DNA of 64,000 nucleotides from Schmidtea polychroa (Eukaryota). The position numbers and the translations under genes are program-made. Every line of letters starts with the position of its first letter. The stretch's first letter is position 1. The notes beneath the pieces were generated by a model that was not told the origin of the DNA, did not search any database, and worked only from the letters and a program-made list of their open reading frames with translations. Shown here piece after piece: positions 27,681 to 39,774 of this stretch. The stretch covers positions 434,001 to 498,000 of the forward strand of contig CM097885.1 in the NCBI GenBank assembly GCA_044892525.1, written 5' to 3'.

Positions 27681-28423
27681 TCTGAAAGAGTAATTCCCGT
27701 CATCGGGGCTCGTATTAGCTGTATAGTTTATTAATCTTTCCGGCATTATTCTATTCGGTATCCTTTGGGCAATCTATTTCGTGCTCGCGTGTATTGTATG
27801 GTTTATTGGCATCAGTGTTTTCATCTTTCCGGCATTATTCTATTCGGCATCCTTTGGGCAATCTATTCGGGGCTCGCATGTATTGTAAAGTTTCCTCCAC
27901 TTTTAATCTTTCCGTCATATTTCATCGTATTATATGTAAGTTTATCATCATTAAAGACATAACGCCATCATTTATTAGTGGAAAGTCAAGACAAGTCACA
28001 TAAAAACAGTAAAAATTTTAAACTAGAAAAGCCATCACGATGCAGAAGTAAAAAATAAAAATTAAAAAAACCATCACAAGGCACAGTTAATAAAAGGTTA
28101 GTAAAAAGCCATCACAAGGCACAGTAAGTAATATGGGTAAAAAGACCACATGGTTATCACAAACATAACAGTATAAATGAGTACACAAGTAATCGTAGTA
28201 ATAATTATAGTAATTATAGTACTTAGTAAATAGTAATAATTATAGTAATTATATTAGTTATAGTAATAATAGTACCATCCCGAGGTATAATAAGAATAGG
28301 ATCATTATGCTAAAAACAAATATAGTAGTAGATGTTAGTAGATATAGTCGGTATCAAATTACAGTATATATAGATAATTATATACAATAGGATATTATAC
28401 AGGCAAATAGCAAAAAATTCATT

Positions 28424-30177
28424 CTATATTGTGTTAAGTATATAGTCCATGTAAATTTTATAGCTAGCTATTACTGCTGTTTTTATGCATTTTTTTGCAA
28501 GTGCGTGTATTTCCTTATCAGTGAGGCTTATCTGGGTAAGGTGTTTGTCGTTTTCAGTGTCCCACGTGCCCAGAGTTCCTACTATTAAAGCGGATAAGGT
28601 CGTTTTGGTTTTATTAATTTTACCGGTCTCTAGGGCAAGGCTCATATACTTATCACGGTTATTATTGCGTGCGAGTTCAAAATTCTCAAGCTGGTCATAA
28701 GGGACTTTTATATCTAATAAATGAATTTTATAATTAGGTCAGGTCTAAGTGTGGTGTTTACTCCTGGTGGCGCTCTCTCTACATCAACCTCGAATTGTTT
28801 GGATATTAATTATTCTAGTGTTGTATCCAATACATGATTGTGTTTATTTCTCCTTGCATTTTGGGTGTGTGTGCAGTGATTAAAGATATGTGCATGTGTT
28901 TCCCAGTCTATCTTACATAGTCTACATAATATATTTTGATTTTCCTTGTGTCTATTTATACTATAATTTAGACTGAGACGGGCTTTAATTATTGGTTGTC
29001 AGTTAATGTATGCTCTTTGATAAGGTATGCTGCTAAGTTATTATTTCCTATTGTTTTTGCAATATGTCCCTGATGAACCATATTGTGCCATTGCTCAGCA
29101 TACCATTTGCTAGTAATTGTGTGTAGTGCAGATGATGTAGAGCTCATATTTTCGTTATTTATATAATTTATTTCGTTATTATAATTAATTTCAAGATTAA
29201 AAAGTCCCTTAATTATTATTATTTTACAGGTAATGTTAAATTTTTCGCGTATTCTTTTGGCGGAATCCCTAAATTTAGAAAAAATAGTAATGGTGCCACT
29301 AATATCACCAGTAATGTCAGTGTTTAACCAATCAAGTGCTTTATTAATATTAATATCTTTGTTGTGATGTCTAAACTTAACAGTTTCAATTAATTCATGT
29401 ACTATAAAATCTCTCATTTTAGTATCTGTGGAGTTTAATATTTTAATTAAGTGTGTAATGCTTTGTATTAAATATTCGTCGATAGTTGGTGTGATTCCTA
29501 AGCCTCCTCGAGAGCAACTCGCATAAATGAAATCATTATTCATATTCTGGTGTATGTCTTGTAGTGCGTTCTTAATCAGTCTTTTAATTTTCTGGTCAAA
29601 GCCAAGTTGTTTATCGAGTTGTTGAACTACTCGAGTTCTATTGCAATCCAGCACCATATGGTTTATTTTACATGTGCGAAACGGAAAAATAAATCGCGAG
29701 TGTATAAAAGTCTTATATGGATGGAGTTGTTGTGCTGGATGTAAGTTTGAGGTGAATATCTTTTCAGATTCGGCCAATGCCTTATTTAATATGTCATCTA
29801 TGCTATGCTTACTCTTTTCACCGAATCCTACTCCTAAGTATCTATATATATTATCTTTATCAATTATGGGTATTATTTCATTATAGATCGTTAGTGGTAT
29901 GTCAGAATGATTTTTATGGATCTGGAAGTAACCGCATTTACTAGGTCGAAATTTTAATTTGGTCTTATAAGTCAGTTTAGTTATATGTTCTAATATCATC
30001 CTAATGTTTTCTCTTGACTCAGATATTAGAACAATGTCGTCAGCATACGCCAATATGCTGACATTGTATTGTTTATATATTAGTGGGAATTTATCAAGTA
30101 TGTCTCTAAGAATAAAGTCTATTGCTAGGCAAAATAATGTCATTGACATAGGGCAACCCTGCTTAACTCCGTTATAT
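28424..30177 (-). pseudogene. RT C-terminal half plus CCHC/RLE endonuclease, disrupted
   Basis: LAYADDIVLI, CRLCKIDWETHAHIFNHC, RPDL, DIKVPYD, IVGTLGTW. Confidence 0.9.
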
Positions 30178-32013
30178 GGGATCCGGATAAAACACCGAAA
30201 CAAAAAACTCGAAATTCAAACTTCGAAAACAAAAACACCGAAAAATATAATTTCGAAATGCAAAAACATAAAAAATAAAATATCGAAAACATAAACATCG
30301 AAAGCATTTTTATTATTTAAAAAAAAAATTGTATGTAATTGATGTAACAATTTTAACATTTGTTGACTTTTAAAACTATTAGGCCGCTTGAAGTTCTAAA
30401 TTATGGGCTAAACCTCTTAAATAATCTAAAGTGTTTCGAGTTCCATATGACTCTACTATAGACTTGATTCTTCTGGCAGTTTCGATATAAATTCTTTTTG
30501 ATGGTGGTGGATTAATTCCTGACGTTAATTGTTCCAATTTCAATCGAGTCAGGCCTTCTTCTTTCTTTAAAATTTCAAGAAAACGCCAGAAATTTGGGTT
30601 ACTTGATGCCATCAATGAACTAAAAGATCGATGCCATCCTTCAATCGAGTTATTTGTTTTAGGAAGATCATCGATTGATGCTTCGTAACAATTCCAAAGC
30701 GATATCGGAACTCTTGGTGATCTTCTTCCTGTTGCAGATCTTGTTGGTCTTCCAATCCACTGATCCTCGATATAATCGATAAGTGGACAAAGCAATTGTT
30801 CGTTTTCTCTGAAGAAATCAGAGTCTAAAAGTACATTGAAACACTCAATGACATCTTCTTCTGGCACAAAAGCTAAAGCTGCAAGTTGTCGCAAATATAA
30901 AGAAAAATCAGGATCCTGTATATCCTTATATTTGTCGCTAATTGGACTGTTTCTTTGTATTTCTCTCCATATACATTGAGAAAAATGGAAGAAACAACCA
31001 CGAATTCTTGTATCGGGGAAGCAATCTTTAATTGAATTAATAATTGCTTGTTCAAAATCCGATAACACAGATACTGGTGATAGAGCAGGCTTTATTTGCT
31101 TTAATTGGCGAAAAACTTTAGTATAAGTTTCTTGTCTTTTGTTAGGCAAAAGAGCATAAACCAAAGGTATCACTGTTTTATCGATAATACAATGTACCGT
31201 AAACATCTGAAAAAATAAACTTGGAGCATTTTTAAATGTTCCATCAACGTATAAATGCGGAGATGATACTAATGTATCAATTAATCGACTTGTGCTGAAC
31301 ATCACAATTCTATCTGCGCCATCATTTGAATCGTAGATTACAAAATCATCTCCAATTGCAGTTTTTCTTAAGTTTTCGGGTATAAATAAATCCGAAAGTG
31401 ATGTCGGCGAAGGCAATATCCCTGATGCTTGATTTCTTTGTCTTCTGATAGTTCTTTTGATCGAATCTATCTTCGGCAACTTGCTACAAACAGCTTGAGA
31501 CAATGTTGACGTTGCCGCTGCAATAATTTGAAGCGGTGTTTCGGTGGAAGTTTTTGAACTTTCTTTTATTTCAGAATAAAGCTCTTTAGCTTTAATAACG
31601 GCAACTTTTGGAACATGATTATGTTCTCCTATTTCTTTTTCCACTTGATTATCAACAGTGTGGCATCTTCCTTTGCACTTAAATGTCAAATATTCCACAC
31701 ATTTCCAATAAGTTTTTTCGTTATGTTGCCTATCTTTTTGATAAAGAAAACTATTATATAAAAGTTGATTAACACCTTTTTGACTTTTAATAAATTTAAT
31801 CTCCATTTTTATAATTGGAATCAATATTTAGCTAATTTAATAATTTAACTATGAAGAAATGAAAGGAAACGGAAACAATTTAAAGGGACTTTTTATTAAT
31901 TTTTCGATATTTTGTTTTCGATATTTTTGTTTTCGAAATTTTTTCTATTCGATATTTTATTTTCGGTGTTTTTGTTTTAGTTTTTTTAATTTTCGGTATT
32001 TTGTCCGGGATTC
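30178..32013 (-). mobile_element. Mutator-like (MULE) DNA transposon with ~125-bp imperfect TIRs built of cgaaa repeats, 9-bp TSD ccgttatat
   Basis: ccgttatat(30169-77)|GGGATCCGGATAAAACACCGAAA...TTTCGGTATTTTGTCCGGGATTC|ccgttatat(32014-22). Excision restores RT EIEIYNGVKQG. Confidence 0.93.
30379..31806 (-). CDS. FLYWCH zinc finger plus MULE (DDE) transposase, uninterrupted ORF (ATG at 31806; the track extends to 31824)
   Basis: YWKCVEY..CKGRC..EHNH; YVDGTFK; LSDFEQAIINSIK..FP..IRGCFFHFSQC; KTNNSIEGWH. Confidence 0.93.
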   Translation of the reverse strand: MEIKFIKSQKGVNQLLYNSFLYQKDRQHNEKTYWKCVEYLTFKCKGRCHTVDNQVEKEIGEHNHVPKVAVIKAKELYSEIKESSKTSTETPLQIIAAATSTLSQAVCSKLPKIDSIKRTIRRQRNQASGILPSPTSLSDLFIPENLRKTAIGDDFVIYDSNDGADRIVMFSTSRLIDTLVSSPHLYVDGTFKNAPSLFFQMFTVHCIIDKTVIPLVYALLPNKRQETYTKVFRQLKQIKPALSPVSVLSDFEQAIINSIKDCFPDTRIRGCFFHFSQCIWREIQRNSPISDKYKDIQDPDFSLYLRQLAALAFVPEEDVIECFNVLLDSDFFRENEQLLCPLIDYIEDQWIGRPTRSATGRRSPRVPISLWNCYEASIDDLPKTNNSIEGWHRSFSSLMASSNPNFWRFLEILKKEEGLTRLKLEQLTSGINPPPSKRIYIETARRIKSIVESYGTRNTLDYLRGLAHNLELQAA

Positions 32014-34497
32014 CCGTTATATATTTCTATTTCATTTGTAAGTTGCCCTTCACATTCAAAGTATGTTTTGCAATTATGATATAGGTCCTTAAACATATTA
32101 AGTGTATCATTATTAATGCCTAGTTCTGTTAGTGTTTGCCATATAAGTTGATGCGGCACACTTCCGAATGCATCAGCGAGGTCTAACCAGAATATGTTAA
32201 TGTCGCCATTATTGCGAATTGCTCTCTCTTTAATAAGTGGTTAGTATTACATATTTTGTTTTTGTGCTTTGTGCTAATATGTTTATCAATCTCGTCTTGT
32301 GTGGATCTTACTGTAAGTTTATTTATGCATGGTTTCCTAAGTGATTTATTATTGCAGTTTATGGTACCTTCCTCATTTATTGTTAAGGTATGTTCCTTAA
32401 GCTTAATGTTAATCATTTCTCTAGATAAAGGTACCGCTAAGTCTTTATGAGTTTCATTAATGTGTTCAGTGATAGTGTTCAATAAAAAGTTACATTTAAT
32501 GTTTGTGTTACGTTGTGAACATAAAACGCATTGGAAGGTGTCATATTTGTTGATTTCGGTTGTGTGTACTTCTAATCTATTTTGTTAGTTGGTCTTCGAA
32601 TTTAGTTGCACCTATCTTACCTTTAGAATTGGGGTTGTAACATATTAGGTAACCATCACCTCTTAGTTTAAAAATTGGTTCCCTTAGTGTGCGTAGAGCA
32701 AATTTATTGGGTTTTAGGACTGAGGTGTTTATTTTTTCAATTTCGTTTGATTCTAGTATTGGTTGGAGATCAGTTTTATTTATAATGGGGCTAGCATTAG
32801 TACACGTAGTGTTGATGTCATCTTTTGGGGTGGGGATTAATATGTTATTATGTGTTATTGTGGTTGTTTTTCCTAGTAGATCAAGTTTATTTACGATTTT
32901 AAAAGCTTCGAATGTTTGCGTATTCATGTATGATGGTTTAGTGTCATGGATATTAGAGTCGTTACTTGAAGTGTTCGATTGTGTGGGTGTGTTTTCAAAA
33001 AGATCTATACTCGAGTCTATTTGTGGGTGAATATTGCTCTTACTGTAGATCATAGGGCTGGGGTTTACAGAGTTCGTAAGCGGGCTATATGATATAGTTT
33101 CAGTCGTTGTTTGTGGTAGCATTTTAGTATTTATATTTCCATCAGAAAGTTCAGAGGATTCAGAGTCAGAGATTTGGATATCGTCAATGTCTGGCACCAC
33201 AGTATTCGTTGGGTGTTCAGTTACGTCGTCATTAATTATATCAGATAGTATAGGAGATTCAGAGTCAGAAGTGTTTTGATTAATTATGTTAGTTTTAGAG
33301 TTATCATTAAGGTCGAGTTCATTATTTGCATCAGGAAGTATGTCAGATTCAGAGTCAGAGGGGTTACTGCAGTCAAGGTCTACATTACGGCTATGAAGGA
33401 TATCTTTGTCAATATCAGGAGTTTCACGAATGTCAAGATTAGTAATATTAATTTCAGGGTCAGATTCATCGTTTTTATCACTGTCAGAGGGTATACCAGG
33501 TATTTGGTTGGAAAACTTATAGCAGGCAGTATCTTTATTCACGTCATCTTGATCATCAATGTCAATTAGGTTTGTAGTTAGGTCATTTGGGGCTGCAATT
33601 TTCCCTAACTGGTTCAAGGGTATTTTATTAATATGGTCATATGTCCATGGAAGATTCAGAAAAATGTGGCCTTTTGGATGTATTTATGTTGCGTTTTGGT
33701 AATATATTTTTTGAGATAGTGCTTATTTGGGTTGAGATTTGAGAGCTTAGGTTTAGTGGTCAAAGTTGTAGTTGATTTATTTTTGTAGATGAGGTGAGTG
33801 GGTATTTCTATTTAGGGGTATTTCTATTTAAGTAGTCATATTTAAACAAACTAATTATTTTTAAAAAAATGGAATCGCCATTTTGTTTAATGAAATTTAA
33901 TAAATCGTTTTTTAAATTATTTCGAAATATATTTTTTATTTCTGGTTGGTATTTTTCTTGATTAATTTTTATAATTTCATCTATCCTATCTATTAAAAAA
34001 TAATCATAATTTTCAATTTGTTTGGGGTCTAGGTCATAGATCTCTTTATTATTCAAAACATTGTTATTGTTATTTTTATTATAATTACTAATAATGATAT
34101 CTTCACTACACTTATTATAATCGCAATTCTGATCATAATTACCGTTATTTATCTTTTTCGAGGAAGGGCATATTGTTGTATATTTTTTTTCATAGTATCG
34201 AATCGGGTTAACTTTGTTTTTAATGGCTTTTTCGTCATTTAATCTTTCATTAATCGGGTTCCGAGAGGGGCATTCCGTCTCATTGTCGGTGTGGTGTTTT
34301 GGTTTACCGTAATCAGGAGTCGGTTTCTTTTTATCAGTAATATATCTGCAAATACCATTATTTATTTTCTTAAAATCATTAAATAATTGGTTATCGAATG
34401 GGGCTCTGATTTTTTCAAATCTTTCGCAGATAGTCCTGATATTCCGATCTCCATTCGAATCGTTGATCTCATAATTAGATCCAAATAAAAAGCCAGT

Positions 34498-34562
34498 TTT
34501 CTGCCCAGTGCTATGAATGTTATCTAGAAGTGATTCTTCTAAGCACTGGGAAACGGCGGGAG
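34498..34562 (+). other. 28S rRNA H68-H69-like segment in the leader of family C copy 1
   Basis: Ungapped 65-nt hand alignment, 50/65 identical, to recalled canonical LSU TTTCTGCCCAGTGCTCTGAATGT...GGGTAAACGGCGGGAG. Confidence 0.85.
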
Positions 34563-34666
34563 CATTAGTACAAAATTCAAGTTTTTTAAATTGCATAAAC
34601 ATTTTCATTGAATTCTGAGGAGGCATTCCAAACAGATCGGGACAGATTTCGCAGTTATAATAATTG

Positions 34667-35451
34667 TTAGGAGAGGCAGTTAAGGCTTCTGTCTGATTAG
34701 TTTATATGCAATTATGAGCACTAAAATTTTTCGTTTAAATCTATCCTTAATAGGATAGAGTTTATAATAAATAGGGTTTATGAAAGAATGGTCAACGTCA
34801 TCGGTTACAGAGTTTCTTTGTAAAGAAGCCTCTATGATATCATGAGAGTAGTTATGGCTTACTGAGTCTAAGGAGATGTGAGAGTTAGTTGTTTCGACGA
34901 TAGAAGTATCGTTTAATGGAGAAGGTTTGAAGGATATGGGATTTATCATAGAGTCATTATCCATATTAGAGTGTGAAAGGTGGTTAGAGTATTTTTTTGA
35001 GATGTTGGACTCATCTTTAATGGGAGTTGAAGTAATATTTGGGAGATAGAGATTATCAAGATAAGTATTTGATGAGGCACTGCTCGATAGTTGGACATCA
35101 TCGCAGTCTTCATCATCAAGATCACAGGAATTAGTTTTATTGGTAGGATGGTTTAAGTAAAAAGGAGTATTATTATCCATAGTGTCCGACGAAGCTTTAA
35201 GGACTGGAGTGATAGGAGTTGTAGCTGGACTCCTTCTCGTGGTAGTATTCCTCACTATATCTGCGTATGTTTTTGATGTAGCTTCTTTTGCATTCATTCT
35301 GTTTATTTCGTCTAAGTACCTAGGATATAGATAAATATTGGAACTGGGGCATAATTTATTCATAATCCGAAGGCTTCAATGGTTATACGTCAGCTGCCTC
35401 CTGGCTTCTCTGATAAAGTTCTCTTTTTCTCCTTGGAATTGCCACCCATTT
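34667..35451 (-). mobile_element. Short internally deleted family A-type element (5' ORF1 piece fused to a 3'UTR piece)
   Basis: ORF 34680-35363 is homologous to 8500-8890 and 39400-39600. 34667-34728 matches 3'UTR 40077-40138. Confidence 0.75.
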
Positions 35452-37345
35452 ATCAAAATTTTATTTAATAAAAGCCTGCTCCTAAGAGACAGGTTAGTCC
35501 TTTTAACGGGACGAGTTTCGGCGCAATGCCAGAAGCTTCCGCATTCATTGTTTTAAATCATCTGTCATCCAAGCCTTGTACTGGTTTAGGGATCAAGGCT
35601 GATTTCTTTTCATCGTATAGTTCAGCGTCCATTTTATTGATTTTGTTCAGGATCAGTAGTAGGTATCGGCGTTATCATTTTTTCATTGTTGTATTTATGT
35701 TATGGGCTCTAAAAAAAGGGTTAAAGATTCGGAGTAAGAAGACTCCATATTTGGTAGCGGTACAATATAATTGTAATAAGGATTGGACGGATTAGGGAAA
35801 GGAGGTTTAAAGGAATAGGTGGTTATAATAAATATTTTAACAACTAAAAAGATATTTATCAGTTAGGCGGAGCCCTTACAAGGACTCCTACATTGACCCA
35901 CTGATAATACACTTATTTGCGATCACCTTCCTCTTCCTAGCGTCTCTTGGTTTAATTTTGGCTAATATTTCGGAGATGCATTTTTTTTGCATGTTCCACA
36001 AAAGCAGGTATGCATTCAAGAGTAATTTGAGCAGTTAAAGTATTAGGATATTCGCAGTTAAAATTGAGGATTCCATCCGTAAGTGCGTTAATATTGGCCT
36101 TAAGTTCAGAGAGAATTACGGTTTTAGTCTCTTCAGGTAGATTAAGATCTGGATTTTTTAATTCAAATAATATCCTGAGGTTGGTATTGACTTCGTCTTT
36201 GATATATAGTGTTATAGAAAGGTTTAGGATACTATTGCATATTCTTTCCACGAGTTTATCAGCGTCCAATTCGCAGTGAAAATCGGAATGTGGGACGTTT
36301 ACAGCTTTCTCACTAGTCGGGTCTCCATTTTGAGTTTGTTCAGGATCGATTTTATCAGCGTCCATCTCGCAGTGAAGGTCGGAATGTGTGGGGTTTATAG
36401 ATTCTTCACTAGTCGGATTTTCATTTTGATTTTCTTCATGATCAGTATTACCTAGAACTGTTATCGGTGGTTGTGCATAATTATAGGCGAAGTTCGGAAG
36501 TTTTTTGTAATTATTGGCGTGTTTACGAGGAGCAAATCTTTCTTTAAATTTTAAAATTAGAAAAAGTCTTTGATGATATATAGGTTAGTAGGAATGTTTT
36601 TTATAATTTTATGGATATCTATAAAAAAACTTTTACTTAAGTTGTAGAGTTGACAATGGTTAGTAGGTTTGTAAAGTTTGGTATTATTAGGAAAAGAAGG
36701 TATGGGTTCGCTAGAAGGGTTAGCGCTTTGACATTTTCTGGGAGTCGGCCGAAGGCCGATGAGCTGTGATTGGATATTTCGGTTTCAGGGCTTACATTTG
36801 CTGTTTAGTGTTGGTTTAAGTAAAAAGGAGTATTATTATCCATAGTGTCCGACGAAGCTTTAAGGACTGGAGTGATAGGAGTTGTAGCTGGACTCCTTCT
36901 CCTGGTAGTATTCCTCACTATATCTGCGTATGTTTTTGATGTAGCTTCTTTTGCATTCATTCTGTTTATTTCGTCTAAGTACCTAATGATATAGATAAAT
37001 ATTGGAACTGGGGCATAATTTATTCATAATCCGAAGGCTTCAATGGTTATACGTCAGCTGCCTCCTGGCTTCTCTGATAAAATTCTCTTTTTCTCCTTGG
37101 AATTGCCGCCTATTTCTGCGCAGTGCTAGGAATCTTATATTGGAGTGATTCTCCGAAGCACTGGTAAACGGCGGGAGTTATATTGTAACGATTGTTTTTG
37201 GAATCTTGCATGTAATATTTTTACGGAAAAGAGGTGCTAGGAAGTGATTCTCCTAAGCGCTGGGAAACGGCGGGAGTAATCTGGTAATAAATTGAGTTTC
37301 TGAATAACATTAAAGAAATATTTTCACGGTTAAAAAGGGGACCTC
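35452..37345 (-). mobile_element. Chimeric non-autonomous retroelement: double 28S-like leader, A-type 5' piece, B-type ORF1 piece, 3'UTR and structured 3' end; no RT
   Basis: 28S-like motifs at 37112-37178 and 37234-37279. 36810-37110 matches 35150-35450. cggagtaagaagactc is shared with 40151. The 3' end is shared with 43601-43690. Confidence 0.7.
37112..37279 (+). other. Tandem pair of 28S-like segments (full 37112-37178, partial 37234-37279)
   Basis: atttctgcgcagtgct...aagcactggtaaacggcgggagt and aagcgctgggaaacggcgggagtaa. Confidence 0.8.
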
Positions 37346-37349
37346 CATC

Positions 37350-39762
37350 AGGCATTGGATCATCCTCCTGCAGCAGAATTATCTTTTTCATTTTCCTTAA
37401 CTTTTAATTTTTCTATTTCTTTAAGCTTTTTATAGAAAACTTTATTATCCTTTTCTATATTTGAAAATTTTCCATTATTAAAAGCGAAAATATCATTAAT
37501 ACCGCAATTTTGATTATTAATTACCGTTATTTTAGCTTTCGGATAATTTTGAAATAATAAATATGGCATTTTCATGCTTTTCCTTGTCATCGGGCGAGAT
37601 TTTTTTCCAATCGGCCAGTGTGATTCCATCAAGTCCTGGAGCAGTGTTTTGGAGTTGTGAGAAGATTTATTATTTAGGATCTTCGTTATCTCCTCTTTAG
37701 GTTTTGTTTTATATTTGAATCTTTTAATACAAAGCAGTTCATTTTTAGTCCAGGTTTTTTTATGGACAATGTCTGCTGGTTTTTTAATTTTCTATTTTTT
37801 CAATTTCATTAAGGGCTGTTTCACGGTCCATATTGTCGTTATTTAAATTAGTTATTAAACCTTTAATAAGTGGGAGGTATTTTTTAATATTATCGTCAGG
37901 TATTTTGTAGGTAAAATAGTTTTCCTCAACAGTTCTGATATTTTTTTGCATAATAGTAATTTTAGGAATGGTTAGTTTAGTATTCTTTATCAGGCATTGG
38001 ATGAGGTGGCACACAAAAAAGGCAACTGGGATATTCATATTTTGTGAGTGTAATTGCGAGTGGTGAAACGATTTTTTGCAGATCAAGAATGGTATTCAGT
38101 ATGCTATTAGCGAGAGATAAGTGTTTGGAGTGGCTAGCGTCAAGTAAAGGATCTATTATAACAGCTAATTGTCTCCGCTTATCAAGATAAAAGAAAAACC
38201 AGTTGTCTTTGCCATTTGACATTGGCATAATAATTTCGTTCCACTCTGCGAAGTCTTTGAAGGGGAAGGAGGAGAAGAAGGTTTTGTAATTATGCTGGAT
38301 TAGAAAGTTATCAACATAAGGGTCAACAAAGATGGTAGATTTTTTCATGGCGAAAGAGTAAACGAATGCCTTTATTGTGTGCTGGGACCATCAAGCTGAT
38401 TCCTCATACACGTTATTTGTGAATAAGCAATCATTTGGTATTTCTCTACTATAGTTAAAATCAAAACCATTTAGACATTCTTCATCTGATGAAGTTTGTT
38501 TCCCTTCCTTTGTGTTTCAAGGTTATCTGCAATCACCTCCTGGGTGTTTAATACATTATTCATAATATTATAGTCATAATAATATTGTTAGTATTTGGTG
38601 GTATTGGGTGGCGTTGAGCTATATGATTGATAATGCCATCTATTGGGATCCAGCTCCTACATGCACAGTATATATCGGCATTTTTATCAATAATTCTATT
38701 TCTATGTTTTTTTGACATGTGCTCCCATACACATGCCAATGGAGTGTCCCAATTCCACGTCGTAAAGCATTTTTTGTAGTTCTTATTGTGGCTATTACAT
38801 GTGAGGTGATTATTTTTGTCGATTTTAATAAATATCATTTTGAGGGTATCTTTATCATTTTGTATTTCATGCACATATTGTTCGACATGTCTGTAAATGT
38901 CTTTGTGCGTAACCGGATATATTACATAGCGTTCGTCATCACCTTTGCATTGGCCGCAGTCTATGATGGAGTGTTCTGTGATAATTATGTTGTGTCTTTC
39001 AAGTGCGTGCTTATCCAATTTTTCCCTATTGTAAATGGAAATCGCTCCACAAAAAGGTGTGCGTAAGTGGTGTCTGCATCTACATTTCCCTCTGGAGTTG
39101 AAGTAGTAGAGGTTAGGATCTTGCATGTATAGTGATTTCAGACTAGGTGGTATTAATGTTTGGGTTGGTTTTGGGATTTCGCTTGTCTCCATGGATATTT
39201 TTATTCCAACAAGGGATTTAGGTTTATTACAACTACAACATTTAGAGTTGGTAGCATTATTTTTATTTTTAGCGTTATCTGCTCCATTATCAAATGCATT
39301 AATTACGGGTAAGTTGTCTATCAGAGCGATGGCGTTTTTGGGATCATTAGAGAATAAGGATGAGTTGGACTGAAGGTTTTCGTTAAGGATAGATTTTTCG
39401 TTTAAAGGGGAGAGTTTATAAGAAATAGGGTTTATGAAAGAATGCTCAACGTCATCGGTTACAGAGTTTCTTTGTATAGAAGCCTCTATGATATCATGAG
39501 AGTAGTTATGGCTTACTGAGTCTATGGAGATGTGAGAGTTAGTTGTTTCGACGATAGAAGTATCGTTTAATGGAGAAGGTTTGAAGGATATGGGATTTTT
39601 TTCCATTCATTCTGTTTATCTGGTCGAGTTGCCTAAAATAAAGGTAAATATTGGAGCTATTAAAGATAATTTTATCATAGTCTGGAGGCTTCAATAGTAC
39701 AGCGTTTTTTGCCTCCTGGCTTTTGTGATAAACCTCTCTTCTTCTCCATTGAGAACCCACCG
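37350..39762 (-). mobile_element. Family A copy 2 (ORF1 zinc fingers, conserved TGA, Ulp1-like domain, truncated at APGLDG)
   Basis: ORFs 38560-39606, 37977-38348 and 37784-38086 are homologous to 6300-8664. Confidence 0.85.
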
Positions 39763-39774
39763 AAAAAAGAAAAA

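Larger units (their letters stand above)
27690..34660 (-). mobile_element. NeSL/R5-like retrotransposon family C copy 1 (Ulp1/RT N-terminus deleted near 32240, interrupted by MULE)
   Basis: ORF1 pieces 33808-34626, 32577-33617 and 32183-32482 are homologous to 47923-49407. RT 28989-30177 has GVKQGCPMS, AYADD, YRYLG and GGLG. CCHC and RLE remnants lie at 28424-28980. Confidence 0.88.

Noticed and set aside
27068..37279. Functional 28S rRNA gene
   Set aside because: Only 45-80-nt diverged pieces are present, with no flanking rRNA sequence.
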